A DNA stretch of 63,389 nucleotides, counting the filler, from Octopus bimaculoides (taxonomy: Eukaryota), in the NCBI RefSeq assembly GCF_001194135.2. It is 6 parts of 6 records of this genome, joined end to end, with 100 filler letters (N's around TTAATTAATTAA, not from the genome) between each part and the next. Parts side by side here need not be neighbours in the genome. Positions count along the whole stretch, not along the records: positions 1 to 15,359 come from NC_068985.1; positions 15,460 to 23,019 come from NW_026329463.1; positions 23,120 to 47,674 come from NC_068981.1; 3 more parts are not named here. One strand, given 5' to 3'. The first letter of the stretch is position 1. Each line of letters opens with the position of its first letter. This document shows positions 12,034-24,083 of this stretch, piece by piece. The position numbers were made by a program, and so were the translations under genes. The notes under the pieces are model-generated. The model made no database searches. It was given only the letters and a program-made list of their open reading frames with translations, and was not told the origin of the DNA.

Positions 12034-13470
12034 TACTAGCAGAGAGATACCCGGCCTTGCTCGGGATTAAAATGGCATAGTTTTATATCGTTTTACTTTT
12101 TTCAGTCATATGGCTGCAGCCATGCCGGGGCACTGCCGTTGATCGAACAAATAGATCACAGGATTTATTCTTTGTAAGCCTAGTACTTCTTCCGTCAGTG
12201 TATTTTGCGGAACAGCTAAGTTATGGAAATATAAACAAAGCAACATCGGTGGTCAAGCAATGGTGGTGATACAAGCACAGACAGAGAAATATACACATAT
12301 ATATACAGCTATCTTCTTTCAGTTTCTCTGTACGAAATCCACTGAAGACAGGGTGCTAAACCCACATATGTTTCTTGTTTTGCCAAAATAACTGGGGTTA
12401 TCCAATCTAAGGACTAAAATCCCTTTTGCAAGAGTGATATGGTCGATAAGAAGTGCTGACTTTTTAAGTAAGTTGAGGCTCACATGAAAATATCCCCTGT
12501 TTACAAAAACTGATATAAGATCCTGAACCTTCTATAAGAGCTACGGTTCATGTAGTGACTTAACACAAATCTGAACTCCAAAGTATTCGCAAGTTAAGAG
12601 GAGGTTTACATATATGTTAAATCTTGTATATAAGTAGTAGTTTGTATAAATGTAGTTTGATTGTCATTAAGTATATCTATGGTTATGCATGAAATGCTGA
12701 ACAGAAAATGTTTGAGATATAAAATGCACCTCCCCGTTTAAAATCTGAAACGCTACGAAATTAAAACAATGAATTGAAATAATAAATTTTATCAAATAAA
12801 AACAGTGTAAAATAAATTACCGTTAATAAGATGTCTGTCTATAGCCATGAAACATTTTTCCTCAAATCGTGACATTTTTGAAAAATTTATAATCTATATT
12901 AATTGGTAGGACCAATTTGATGAAAAAATGAGCAGAGTCTTGTAGCGAATTTATGTCATCTTCTTTCTTGTGCAAGTGTGTAAAATGGCGAAATTTTACG
13001 TTCTGGGGCAGATTTCGTCAAATTGACGTCACGACAATTAGTGCGCAAAATGACTAAATTTTGTGTGAGAAATAAAATGCACTTACCTATTTAAAGCCTG
13101 AAACGTTGGGGAATTACAACAATGTATTGAAATACTAAGTTTTAGCAAGTTAAAACAATTCGTATTGAAATGAAGAATTAGCAAATGCTAAATAGATTAC
13201 CGTTAATAAGCTCCTTTATTGATACCAAAACTTCGGTATTTTTTGTCAAAATGATGTTACGATAGCTAGTGCTAAAGATGCCGAAATTTTACCAATTTTT
13301 GAAAAAACGATGCTGATCAAAAATCTCTTTTTTTTTAATTCCAAGTGTGTAAGTGACCGCATTGGTGTAAGCTCCCCACACGTGCCAAGTTTCATCGAGG
13401 TCTGTTGTATATACTCTCGGAGGAGTTAAAGTAACAAATTCACAATCACACAGACTTGGTGGGTGGGGCA
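12034..13470 (+). mobile_element. Possible non-autonomous Helitron-like element (contains a SINE A insertion)
   Basis: Starts TACTAGCAGAGAGATACCCGGCCTTGCTCGGG, with a subterminal CCCG/CGGG hairpin like insect Lep1/DINE-type ends. A later segment GCCAAGTTTCATCGAGG..GGAGGAGTTAAAGTAACAAA..CACAGAC resembles their 3' region. No coding evidence, and the boundaries are uncertain. Confidence 0.35.
12091..12343 (-). mobile_element. SINE family A, diverged, head missing
   Basis: TTCAGTCATATGGCTGCAGCCATGC...TTATTCTTTGTAAGCCTAGTAC...TTCTTTCAGTTTC, homologous to the copy at 17651. Confidence 0.85.
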
Positions 13471-13490
13471 TCGTTTCCCAATTAAAACTG

Positions 13491-14079
13491 CGCCAGTCTT
13501 TGGAACATCATCCTTGCTGTATGTGGCCGAGCATTATCCCGATGGAAGAACACATTTCGTTTTGAAATCAAAGATGGTCGTATTTCTTCTAACGCTGACT
13601 TCAATGACTGGTTGAATGAGCAAATCTAAGCTGCTCTGGTATTTCCTCAACAGTTACGATGGGATTATGTTCCACCATAGTTTGCAGGACGTCCTCACCA
13701 AGCTCTACAGGCGAGGCTCGTCTTCAAGGCTATAGTCACCGGTTCGGAATTTCTGGGACCACCGTTGTCACTAGCTTACACGCTTATTGTCCGATCTCCT
13801 TATACCTCATTAATATTCCTCGCACTTTCCGTTGTATTGTTGCCTTTATTGAACTCATGAAGCAAAATTTGCCGATTATGCTCCTTTATCACTTCCATTA
13901 TAGCTTTGAAAAACTAACTATTAAAATCAAACTGAACTTTTCAAAACTTGCACTACGAATAAGCAGAAGGTAAAATTTGTATCTACTTTATAGCAAGTTA
14001 ATACAAGTAGTTTATCTCGTCCCCCTCCGACTTTTATTTCAAGCAACTAGAAAACCGCATTTCTTGTTCGATGACCCAA
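13491..14079 (-). mobile_element. Internally deleted mariner transposon (one TIR)
   Basis: TIR on the minus strand: TA|TTGGGTCATCGAACAAGAAATGCGGTTTT (14051-14081). Translation MEVIKEHNRQILLHEFNKGNNTTESARNINEV..KFRTGDYSLEDEPR..VEHNPIVTVEE jumps directly to RNVFFHRDNARPHTA. Confidence 0.85.
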
Positions 14080-14454
14080 TAATTACTGTATTCATAGATT
14101 ACGTCATAAAATATAAATTTTAGATTTTTAACATTTTACAATTTCACCTGAAAACAATATAATTTATGCTTTGACCTAATCTATGAATACATCAGCAAAA
14201 TTCTACCGAAACAACTGTCGTAGATTTTCAACACGATTTGTGTTTATCTTTCTATATGAGTACGCAACGTTATCCTCATAGACACATATGTGCTTACATG
14301 CATACACGTAGCTTAAGACATACATTTTATCCAACACATTGGTGGATAGAATTTTTTATCCGTGTATTAAGGCCACTGTTGGTTTCATGTTAAGAAAAAT
14401 AACTTAATAGCTTAACAATAATTTTTCATTAGATCACAAGCAGGAATGGTGTTC

Positions 14455-15352
14455 ATCTCCATTTTACTTCACGAATTTTACTTCAGGAATTGACATTTGG
14501 TGCATGAGAGAGTTTGATGTAGCTGTCCTCATCTGCACGTCCTGCCGTGAAGTTGGTTCATCTGGGACACCTGACAGGAAGGGTTCCAGCCTCATCTTGA
14601 AGACACCTACATCGACCCCATGCAAGTCTCTCAGGTCCTTCGGATAGAGATGTGGACCTCTGAATCCCAGGCTATTGCAGTATCTGGTCCTACATATTGA
14701 TGACAAATTTGGAGTCCTTGGCACTATGCAATGGCGTCCAGTTCTTTTATTTGTGTAACTTTCGATGCCAAAGTTTGGGACAATTCCTTCGAGGATCTTC
14801 CAGATGTATATTATGGCATATCTTTCTCGCCTACCCTGTAAGGAATAGAGTCCTAATCTCTTGAGTCTTTCCCAATAGCTTATATGCTGCATAGAGGCTA
14901 TCTTCTTCGTGTAGCTTGGTTGGATTGCCTCAAGTTTTGAGATTAATTTGACACTGGTTGGTGACCATAGCTGAGAGCAATAGTCAAAGTGGCTTAGAAC
15001 AAGTGTCCTCCAGAGGACCATTATGGTTTCCTGATCTGTTGTTCTAAAAGTCCTAAGAATCCATCCGGTCAGTCGCCTGTATTTCATTGCCAATTTAGCA
15101 ACATGAACATGAAAGGATGCATTATTACTCATGTAAATGCCCAGGTCTCACACTGACTGTGCCTCTGGGATTGCAGTCCCTCCAGTTCCATTGTATTTAA
15201 CAGGTACTGCATTTAGTTTTGCATGCTGAGAGCACAAGGCTTGAAACTTTTCAGCATTAAACTGCATGTTATTCTTTTCAGCCCACTTGTATATTTCATC
15301 CAGCTCACATTGCAGGTGCATAGTGTCTTCAGGGTTCTGTATTACCTGTGAT
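14455..15352 (-). mobile_element. CR1-type LINE, 3' part of ORF2 (RT C-terminus)
   Basis: ORF 14464-15132: HFDYCSQLWSP, WERLKRLGLYSLQGRRERYAIIYIWKILEG. Upstream continuation LQCELDEIYKWAEKNNMQFNAEKFQAL. The 5' part is lost in a gap. Confidence 0.92.
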
Positions 15353-15403
15353 ATATATANNNNNNNNNNNNNNNNNNNNNNNNNNNNNNNNNNNNNNNNN
15401 NNN

Positions 15404-15415
15404 TTAATTAATTAA
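15404..15415. other. Artificial scaffold spacer TTAATTAATTAA (also at 23064, 47719, 57280, 61233)
   Basis: An identical 12-mer with stop codons in all six frames, always flanked by about 43 N on each side. Confidence 0.9.
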
Positions 15416-15459
15416 NNNNNNNNNNNNNNNNNNNNNNNNNNNNNNNNNNNNNNNNNNNN

Positions 15460-15691
15460 GTAAAAAACACCTTTTGAGCGTGGTCGTTGCCAGAACCTCC
15501 TGACTGGCACGTAAAAGCACCCACTACACTCTCGGAGTGGTTGGCGTTAAGAAGGGCATCCAGCTGTAAAAACTCTGCCAGATCAGATTGGAGCCTGGTG
15601 CAGCCTTCTGGTTCGCCAGTCCTCAGTCAAACCATCCAACCCATGCCAGCATGGAAAGCGGACGTTAAACGATGATGATGATGATGATGAT
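15460..15691 (+). mobile_element. 3' part of SINE/non-LTR family E with RTE-like tail
   Basis: GGTTGGCGTTAAGAAGGGCATCCAGCTGTAAAA...CCCATGCCAGCATGGAAAGCGGACGTTAAAC(GAT)n. A relic of the same tail, GACGTTAAAT(GAT)n, lies at 15835-15866. Confidence 0.75.
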
Positions 15692-16071
15692 TAAGATTAA
15701 CTTTACTTTTCATCAATGTGTGGTTGATAAAATAAAGTACCAATGAAATACTGGGGTAGATTCCACTCTTTACCTGCCCTGTGCAACACACATAATTCAT
15801 AGGACATATTTCCCTATCGTATCAGCCACATAAAGACGTTAAATGATGATGATAATGATGATGATGAAGAAGAAGACTTCTTTTGGTCGTTTCAGCCACT
15901 GACCTAAGAGTAGACATGCAAAGACAGAATTTTTATTGTCTCTAGATGCTTGTATCACTTTACTCTTTCCCTCTCTTCAGCAGCTCAGGCATGAAGTTCG
16001 TTCCCACACAGAATAAACCATGAAACCACCGAGTGTATTTAACTGCATTTATAAACGATGTATACTCAAGC

Positions 16072-16345
16072 AGTGGAGGCGCAATGGCCCAGTGGTTAGG
16101 GCAGCGGACTCGCAGTCATAGGATCGCGGTTTCGATTCCCAGACCGGGCGTTGTGAGTGTTTATTGAGCGAAAACACCTAAAAGCTTCACGAGGCTCCGG
16201 CAGGGGATGGTGGCGAACCCTGCCGTACTCTTCCACCACAACTTTCTCTCACTCTTTCTTCCTGTTTCTGTTGTACCTGTAATTCAAAGGGTCAGCCTTC
16301 TCACACTGTGTCATGCTGAATATCCCCCGAGAACTACGTTAAGGG
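16072..16345 (+). mobile_element. tRNA-derived SINE family C, 5' part (3' end in gap)
   Basis: A box TGGCCCAGTGGT, B box GTTTCGATTCCC, followed by a unique body. A highly similar second copy is at 19233. Confidence 0.9.
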
Positions 16346-17393
16346 NNNNNNNNNNNNNNNNNNNNNNNNNNNNNNNNNNNNNNNNNNNNNNNNNNNNNNN
16401 NNNNNNNNNNNNNNNNNNNNNNNNNNNNNNNNNNNNNNNNNNNNNNNNNNNNNNNNNNNNNNNNNNNNNNNNNNNNNNNNNNNNNNNNNNNNNNNNNNNN
16501 NNNNNNNNNNNNNNNNNNNNNNNNNNNNNNNNNNNNNNNNNNNNNNNNNNNNNNNNNNNNNNNNNNNNNNNNNNNNNNNNNNNNNNNNNNNNNNNNNNNN
16601 NNNNNNNNNNNNNNNNNNNNNNNNNNNNNNNNNNNNNNNNNNNNNNNNNNNNNNNNNNNNNNNNNNNNNNNNNNNNNNNNNNNNNNNNNNNNNNNNNNNN
16701 NNNNNNNNNNNNNNNNNNNNNNNNNNNNNNNNNNNNNNNNNNNNNNNNNNNNNNNNNNNNNNNNNNNNNNNNNNNNNNNNNNNNNNNNNNNNNNNNNNNN
16801 NNNNNNNNNNNNNNNNNNNNNNNNNNNNNNNNNNNNNNNNNNNNNNNNNNNNNNNNNNNNNNNNNNNNNNNNNNNNNNNNNNNNNNNNNNNNNNNNNNNN
16901 NNNNNNNNNNNNNNNNNNNNNNNNNNNNNNNNNNNNNNNNNNNNNNNNNNNNNNNNNNNNNNNNNNNNNNNNNNNNNNNNNNNNNNNNNNNNGAATTTAA
17001 AACCTGTCTCCCACCCGCTTCTTTGGAATTTTTTTTAGTTTTGACAAGTTTTTCTAAAATTCTTTTTTGGGGTTCATGTGTAGCACAGTTTTGAAGAGTC
17101 CTTTAGATGTTTAAGCCATAGATTTAAAGGAAAACAAATAATAATTTCGTAAAGACGGTCCAGAGCTTAAAAATCACGAAGTAGAGGGAGAAACAACAAT
17201 TCTCATCATAACTACCATCTACGATGCTTGAAATACACATCCAAAAAAATAATTACAGATTTTGGAGCAGTAGATAATTTCCGACTCTATTGTACAGGAT
17301 TGCCCATACATACAACTCTAGCTCATAGTCGGCATACACATATACTCATTACATAACCAATTACGTAATGCATGTTACATAATAGCAAACTAT

Positions 17394-17487
17394 GGCTAAT
17401 TGGCAGAGTCGTTAGAGCGTTTGATATCAGCGCCTTCGGTATCAGGCGTTCTGAGTTCAAATCCCACCAAGGTGAACTTTGGTTCCT
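17394..17487 (+). mobile_element. Diverged SINE B-related head fragment
   Basis: TTGGCAGAGTCGTTAGAGC...GTTCTGAGTTCAAATCCCACCAAGGTGAACTTTG. Confidence 0.7.
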
Positions 17488-17650
17488 TTTTCTTTTTCTT
17501 TTTTTTAAGAAAAATCCTTTTGTGATCGTGAAAGTACAAGTCAGACACTGGGATAGATTCTGTCTGTTTGTCTCTATGTATCGGTTCTACATTGCTCTTT
17601 GAAGCTACTTTCCGTTACTGTATTGAGTACTTATTATCATTATTATTATA

Positions 17651-17858
17651 CTCTCTTTTTACTCTTTTACTTGTTTCAGTCATTTGACTGCGGCCATGCT
17701 GCAGCACCACCTTTTAGTCGAGAAAATCGACCCCAGGACTTATTCTTTGTAAGCCTAGTACTTATTCTATCGGTCTCTTTTTGCCGAACCGCTAAGTTAC
17801 GGGGACGTAAACACACCAGCATCGGTTGTCAAGCGATGGTGGGGGGACAAACACAGAC
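17651..17858 (-). mobile_element. SINE family A, young copy, 3' half (truncated by a gap at the internal microsatellite)
   Basis: CTCTTTTACTTGTTTCAGTCATTTGACTGCGGCCATGCTG...GGGGACAAACACAGAC then N. Confidence 0.92.
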
Positions 17859-18996
17859 NNNNNNNNNNNNNNNNNNNNNNNNNNNNNNNNNNNNNNNNNN
17901 NNNNNNNNNNNNNNNNNNNNNNNNNNNNNNNNNNNNNNNNNNNNNNNNNNNNNNNNNNNNNNNNNNNNNNNCACACACACACACACACACACACACACAT
18001 TGCACGCGGGTGTGCGTCACAGCAGATATATGCGTGTACATATATATATATACATATATAAAGAAATATACGTGTGTGTGTGTGTGTGTGTGTGAAGGGC
18101 GTATATTCCGTATGTGCCGTGTGTGCATTGCACACCCATCGAAAATAGCAAATTCATTATAAATATTAACCTTATTTATTTAATCAGAAATCTTAATGGA
18201 AAACTTTTGTTATATCCCCTTCTTGAAATTTGGTGGCACTGGGTGTGACATTGCTACCCAATGCCACAACCACCACACGCCACTGGTGCGTGTACATATG
18301 AAGGCATATGTCAATGAAGGCGTATGTGAATAAGCACATATATATATATGTGTGTATGAATACGTGTGTACGTTAATATACACATACATACATGCATGCA
18401 TATATGTATACGTGCATATATGTAAACATGTATAGATATTGGGAACTGGTTTACAAATGAAAAATAAATCCATGTTGATTAAGACCTCAATTTATAACAA
18501 ATATGTTATTAATAATATATGTATCTTATTAACAGTACACCTGCATGCATACATATATATATATATATATATTATATATTATATATATACAGACAGACAG
18601 GCAGAAAAATAGATAGATAGATAGATAGATAGGCACATGTATATATATGTCTATGTGTATGTGTATATATATATATATAGATATATATATATACAGAGAG
18701 AGAAAGTGAGAGACAGACAGGCAGACTGGTAGATGTTTTAGCAGATACATATGTAAATACACGTGTATGTGTGTGCGTTTGGCTGTTTGTTGTGCGTGTG
18801 CGCGCGATCGCTAATTCTTTACGGATGGCCTCACTAACAGGACACTGAATATGTTACCTAGAGTAGAAGTATTGATTCACATATAAGCGACACACAGACA
18901 GAGCTGTTTAAAGATCAACCATAGTTCGTCCATAAACGGTGCTAGCAGACATACCTGGCATGAAGCTGTTCAATAAATTAATATAAATTGATGATA

Positions 18997-20370
18997 CAGG
19001 CAGGTGATCACCACACACACAGTTTCATGCAGGTCACCTGAAGTGGCAACCAAGTATAATCATGTCGATATTTCAGCTGCTTTGTTGGGCAAGGCGTTTT
19101 GCTCGTTTCCGTTTTGAATCTGCCCGGATTTTTTTGCAGATCTGTCTTAAAACAACATAGTAGACACTTCTCTCCTACTTGCCCGGCCTGGCCCAGGGTG
19201 CAGCAATACACAGAGCTTTATAGCATTTATTTGTGGAGGCGCAATGGCCCAGTGGTTAGGGCAGCGGACTTGCGGTTTCGATTCTCACACCGGGCGTTGG
19301 GAGTGTTTATTGAGCGAAAACACCTAAAAGCTCCACGAGGCTCCAGCAGGGGATGGTGGCGAATCCTGCTGTACTCTTCCACCACAACTTTCTCTCACTC
19401 TTACTTCCTGTTTCTGTTGTGCCTGTAATTCAAAGGGGTCAGCCTTGTCACACTCTGTGTCACACTGAATATCCCCGAGNNNNNNNNNNNNNNNNNNNNN
19501 NNNNNNNNNNNNNNNNNNNNNNNNNNNNNNNNNNNNNNNNNNNNNNNNNNNNNNNNNNNNNNNNNNNNNNNNNNNNNNNNNNNNNNNNNNNNNNNNNNNN
19601 NNNNNNNNNNNNNNNNNNNNNNNNNNNNNNNNNNNNNNNNNNNNNNNNNNNNNNNNNNNNNNNNNNNNNNNNNNNNNNNNNNNNNNNNNNNNNNNNNNNN
19701 NNNNNNNNNNNNNNNNNNNNNNNNNNNNNNNNNNNNNNNNNNNNNNNNNNNNNNNNNNNNNNNNNNNNNNNNNNNNNNNNNNNNNNNNNNNNNNNNNNNN
19801 NNNNNNNNNNNNNNNNNNNNNNNNNNNNNNNNNNNNNNNNNNNNNNNNNNNNGGCCTCTGACATAGCAGAACAAGTTGATGTCAGTCCCAGAACAGCTGT
19901 CGGGTATCTCCACAAACTTGGCAACTATAGCAAAGCAGCAAGAAGGAAACCACTTCTTCAACAAACCAGGATCAAGTGGAGAAAAGATTAGGCCAGTGAT
20001 ATGCTGGAGAGGCCACCAGCATTCTGGGACACTGTCATATTCTTTGATGAGTCCAGATTTGCTGTATTTCCTGACAGTGGTTGAGTGTGGGTCTGGAGAC
20101 TCTGTGATCAAGAATTTGATGTGAAAAGATTGCAGCCAACAATGAAATACAGCAGCTATTCTGTGATGGTCTGGGGAGCAATTTGGAGCAATGGTTGATC
20201 AGAGGGAAACATAAACTCAGATAAATGTGTCCATATTGTAGAAAGGACACCTTCCAATCTTCTCCCGTGATGAAATGATTAAAGAAGACTCTCTATTTAT
20301 GGAAGATGGGGCTCCCTGTCATGTGGCTAAAATGGCCCAAGATTTATTGGATGAGAATAGCATTAATGGC
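18997..20370 (+). mobile_element. Degenerate Tc1 transposon interrupted by SINE C and a gap
   Basis: Right part translates [68 protein letters not shown]. The left part (TA|CAGG start, LNLP..RPGP HTH-like relic) is weaker. Confidence 0.75.
19233..19479 (+). mobile_element. SINE family C, second copy
   Basis: Highly similar to 16072-16345 except for a short deletion in the tRNA-like head. Confidence 0.9.
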
Positions 20371-20595
20371 ATCGAATATTTTTCTGTTTTTGTTATCCTT
20401 GTTGTTTTAAGATGTTAGGGTGTAATGCGAGAGAGAGAGAGGGGGAGAGGTGGGGAGATTTGGCTGTTGTTTCTAGCATGGCGACCGACCACACAGAGGT
20501 GACATCGTTACATTACATCTCCCGCCACTAAATGAATCATACGCACACAGTCCCCCTGTCACATATACAAACACACGCATATACACACACACATA

Positions 20596-21350
20596 CAGCT
20601 GGACAAAATCTTAAGATTAGTGAAAAAAACTGCCAAAATAAACTTCAATGCAGACAGATATATTCAACTATTTTTCGTTATAAATTGATAATTGACAAAT
20701 AGAAAAGGATATACGAAAACCTTAAAAAAATGCTTAACATTTAATGCAGAAAAATGCATTGTATGAAAACTAACGATGTTTTGTCAGGTCAAACATTTAA
20801 GACCATGAGAAAAAAAGTTTAAATCTGAGTCAACAGCTGCCAGTCACACCCTGTCTATTTCACAACAGCAACAATAGGCAAAGCTAAAACGTTGACGGAT
20901 TTTGAATGTGATAGCACTGTAGAGCTCCACAAGCAAGGTCTTTCTTAACATGACATCTCCAGTGAAATTGGTCTCTGTAAAACAGCCATTGCGAACTTCT
21001 TAAACGATCCAGAGGCATATGGATCAAAAACTAAAATCGACCAGACAGCCAAAGAAAATTTCACCGGCATTGAGTAGAAGGATTCGACGGGAGGTTAGGA
21101 AAGACATTGGTTGATCAGCTCAAAGACGATAAGACGACATTTGAGAGAGAGAGAGATGCTTTAAAGATCTTAAATGTCTCCAGAGAACTCGTCTACTTCC
21201 ACGCCACAAAATTAATCATTTAGAATTTGCTCAGAACCATCAGACCTGGAACGTTCATGACTGGAAGAAAGTTTTATTCTCAGATGAGAAGAAATTCAAC
21301 CTTCATGGTCCGCACGGTTTCCAACAGTATTGGTATGCAAAGATATTCCA
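20596..21350 (+). mobile_element. 5' part of a Tc3-like Tc1/mariner transposon
   Basis: Starts TA|CAGCTGGACAAAATCTTAAG. Frameshifted translation [64 protein letters not shown] (the [14 protein letters not shown] motif of Tc3). It is cut at 21351 by SINE A. Confidence 0.88.
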
Positions 21351-21508
21351 TTCTCTTTTACTCTTTTACTTGTTTCAGTCATTGGACTGTGGCCATGCTG
21401 GAGCACCGCCTTTTAGTCGAGCAAATCGACCCCCAGCACTTATTCTTTGTAAGCCTAGCACTTATTCTATCGGTCTCTTTTACCGAACCGCTACGTGACG
21501 GGGACATA
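21351..21508 (-). mobile_element. SINE family A, 3' part
   Basis: TTCTCTTTTACTCTTTTACTTGTTTCAGTCATTGGACTGTGGCCATGCTGGAGCACCGCC. Confidence 0.92.
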
Positions 21509-21969
21509 NNNNNNNNNNNNNNNNNNNNNNNNNNNNNNNNNNNNNNNNNNNNNNNNNNNNNNNNNNNNNNNNNNNNNNNNNNNNNNNNNNNNNNNNNNNN
21601 NNNNNNNNNNNNNNNNNNNNNNNNNNNNNNNNNNNNNNNNNNNNNNNNNNNNNNNNNNNNNNNNNNNNNNNNNNNNNNNNNNNNNNNNNNNNNNNNNNNN
21701 NNNNNNNNNNNNNNNNNNNNNNNNNNNNNNNNNNNNNNNNNNNNNNNNNNNNNNNNNNNNNNNNNNNNNNNNNNNNNNNNNNNNNNNNNNNNNNNNNNNN
21801 NNNNNNNNNNNNNNNNNNNNNNNNNNNNNNNNNNNNNNNNNNNNNNNNNNNNNNNNNNNNNNNNNNNNNNNNNNNNNNNNNNNNNNNNNNNNNNNNNNNN
21901 NNNNNNNNNNNNNNNNNNNNNNNNNNNNNNNNNNNNNNNNNNNNNNNNNNNNNNNNNNNNNNNNNNNNN

Positions 21970-22060
21970 AAATCCCGGGGTCGATTTGCTCGACTAAAGG
22001 CGGTGCTCCAGCATGCCCGCAGTCAAATGACTGAAACAAGTAAAAGAGTAAAAGAGAATG
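21970..22060 (+). mobile_element. SINE family A, 3' tail
   Basis: GGGGTCGATTTGCTCGACTAAAGGCGGTGCTCCAGCATG...GAAACAAGTAAAAGAGTAAAAGAGAATG. Confidence 0.92.
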
Positions 22061-22207
22061 AATATATATATATATATATATTTATATATATTCGAAAAAG
22101 GAGCGCACTCTAAGTTATAGAGCAGCAGACCATGTAAAGATAGATGTGGCAGGTCTCTTGAGTCACCCCGGGTTTCATGTCTATAAAGTGCTTAGCTTTA
22201 CACCATT

Positions 22208-22254
<47 letters not shown>

Positions 22255-22501
22255 ATATATTATAAATGTAGCTGATACACGCAAACACATACTCACTCAC
22301 ACACACACACACATGCATGCATGCATGCATTTATGCTCAGTACCTGAGCACTTAGATGTATGTAAACACGCGTACACGTTTCGTACTTATGCATACACAT
22401 AAAATCAGAGATGCGCATACATATATACACGGTATAAAATAGAAATGCATACATACACACATACGAACATACATAAATATATACATACTCAGGCATACAT
22501 T

Positions 22502-22548
<47 letters not shown>

Positions 22549-22900
22549 TGATACATGTATGTACATATATATGCAACAAATGTAAATACATACACATATA
22601 CACCGGCTTACGTCCGTATATATACACGCATTCGTATATATATACGTGTGTATGTGCATATAAATGTAAATACATACATACACATATAAGTACATATGTA
22701 AGTCATATATACATATTAATAAAAACATACATTCACATACGAACGTGTATACAACTGCAAATAATACACACATACGCACACATACACACACTAATACTAA
22801 TTTACACAGTACTATATTTAGCATACGATACACTTAGTTTCTGTCTCTCACACAAACATACACACTCATACATACATACATACATACGTACCTACGTACG

Positions 22901-23019
22901 TACTTGTTTCAGTCATTAGACTGTGGCCATGCTGGGGCATCGCTTTCAAGCATTTTAGTCGAACGAATCGACCCCAGTATTTATTCCTTTTAAGCCTGGT
23001 ATTTATTTTATCGTTCTCT
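22901..23019 (-). mobile_element. SINE family A, 3' part
   Basis: TACTTGTTTCAGTCATTAGACTGTGGCCATGCTGGGGCATC...TAAGCCTGGTATTT. Confidence 0.88.
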
Positions 23020-23119
23020 NNNNNNNNNNNNNNNNNNNNNNNNNNNNNNNNNNNNNNNNNNNNTTAATTAATTAANNNNNNNNNNNNNNNNNNNNNNNNN
23101 NNNNNNNNNNNNNNNNNNN

Positions 23120-23192
<73 letters not shown>

Positions 23193-24083
23193 ATATATAC
23201 GTACATATATGTACATACATATATATGTATATACATATGCATATATGGGTACAGGATATCATGAAACGTAAACAACATGACATATGAAATACGAAGACAT
23301 GGAATGCGAGCTTATATATATATGTGTGTGTGTGTATGGACACGCACACAGACGTACACTCACGCACGCACGCACACACACACACACACATATATATGCA
23401 TATATATATATATATNNNNNNNNNNNNNNNNNNNNNNNNNNNNNNNNNNNNNNNNNNNNNNNNNNNNNNNNNNNNNNNNNNNNNNNNNNNNNNNNNNNNN
23501 NNNNNNNNNNNNNNNNNNNNNNNNNNNNNNNNNNNNNNNNNNNNNNNNNNNNNNNNNNNNNNNNNNNNNNNNNNNNNNNNNNNNNNNNNNNNNNNNNNNN
23601 NNNNNNNNNNNNNNNNNNNNNNNNNNNNNNNNNNNNNNNNNNNNNNNNNNNNNNNNNNNNNNNNNNNNNNNNNNNNNNNNNNNNNNNNNNNNNNNNNNNN
23701 NNNNNNNNNNNNNNNNNNNNNNNNNNNNNNNNNNNNNNNNNNNNNNNNNNNNNNNNNNNNNNNNNNNNNNNNNNNNNNNNNNNNNNNNNNNNNNNNNNNN
23801 NNNNNNNNNNNNNNNNNNNNNNNNNNNNNNNNNNNNNNNNNNNNNNNNNNNNNNNNNNNNNNNNNNNNNNNNNNNNNNNNNNNNNNNNNNNNNNNNNNNN
23901 NNNNNNNNNNNNNNNATATATATATATATATATATATACATACTTATACATACATATACATATAAATAAATATACATACACGCACGTATAGCTATATGTA
24001 TGTATGACAATATAAATATATATATATATATGCGTGCGTGTGTGCGTGTGTGTACGTGTGTGTATGTATGTGTTCTTCTTTAG

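Noticed and set aside
15404-15415. Recurrent palindrome TTAATTAATTAA isolated between N runs (5 times)
   Set aside because: Identical context and six-frame stop design indicate an assembly spacer, not biology.
16072-16150. tRNA-like sequence with A and B boxes
   Set aside because: It continues into a shared SINE body in two copies, with no acceptor stem or T-run terminator. It is a SINE head, not a tRNA gene.
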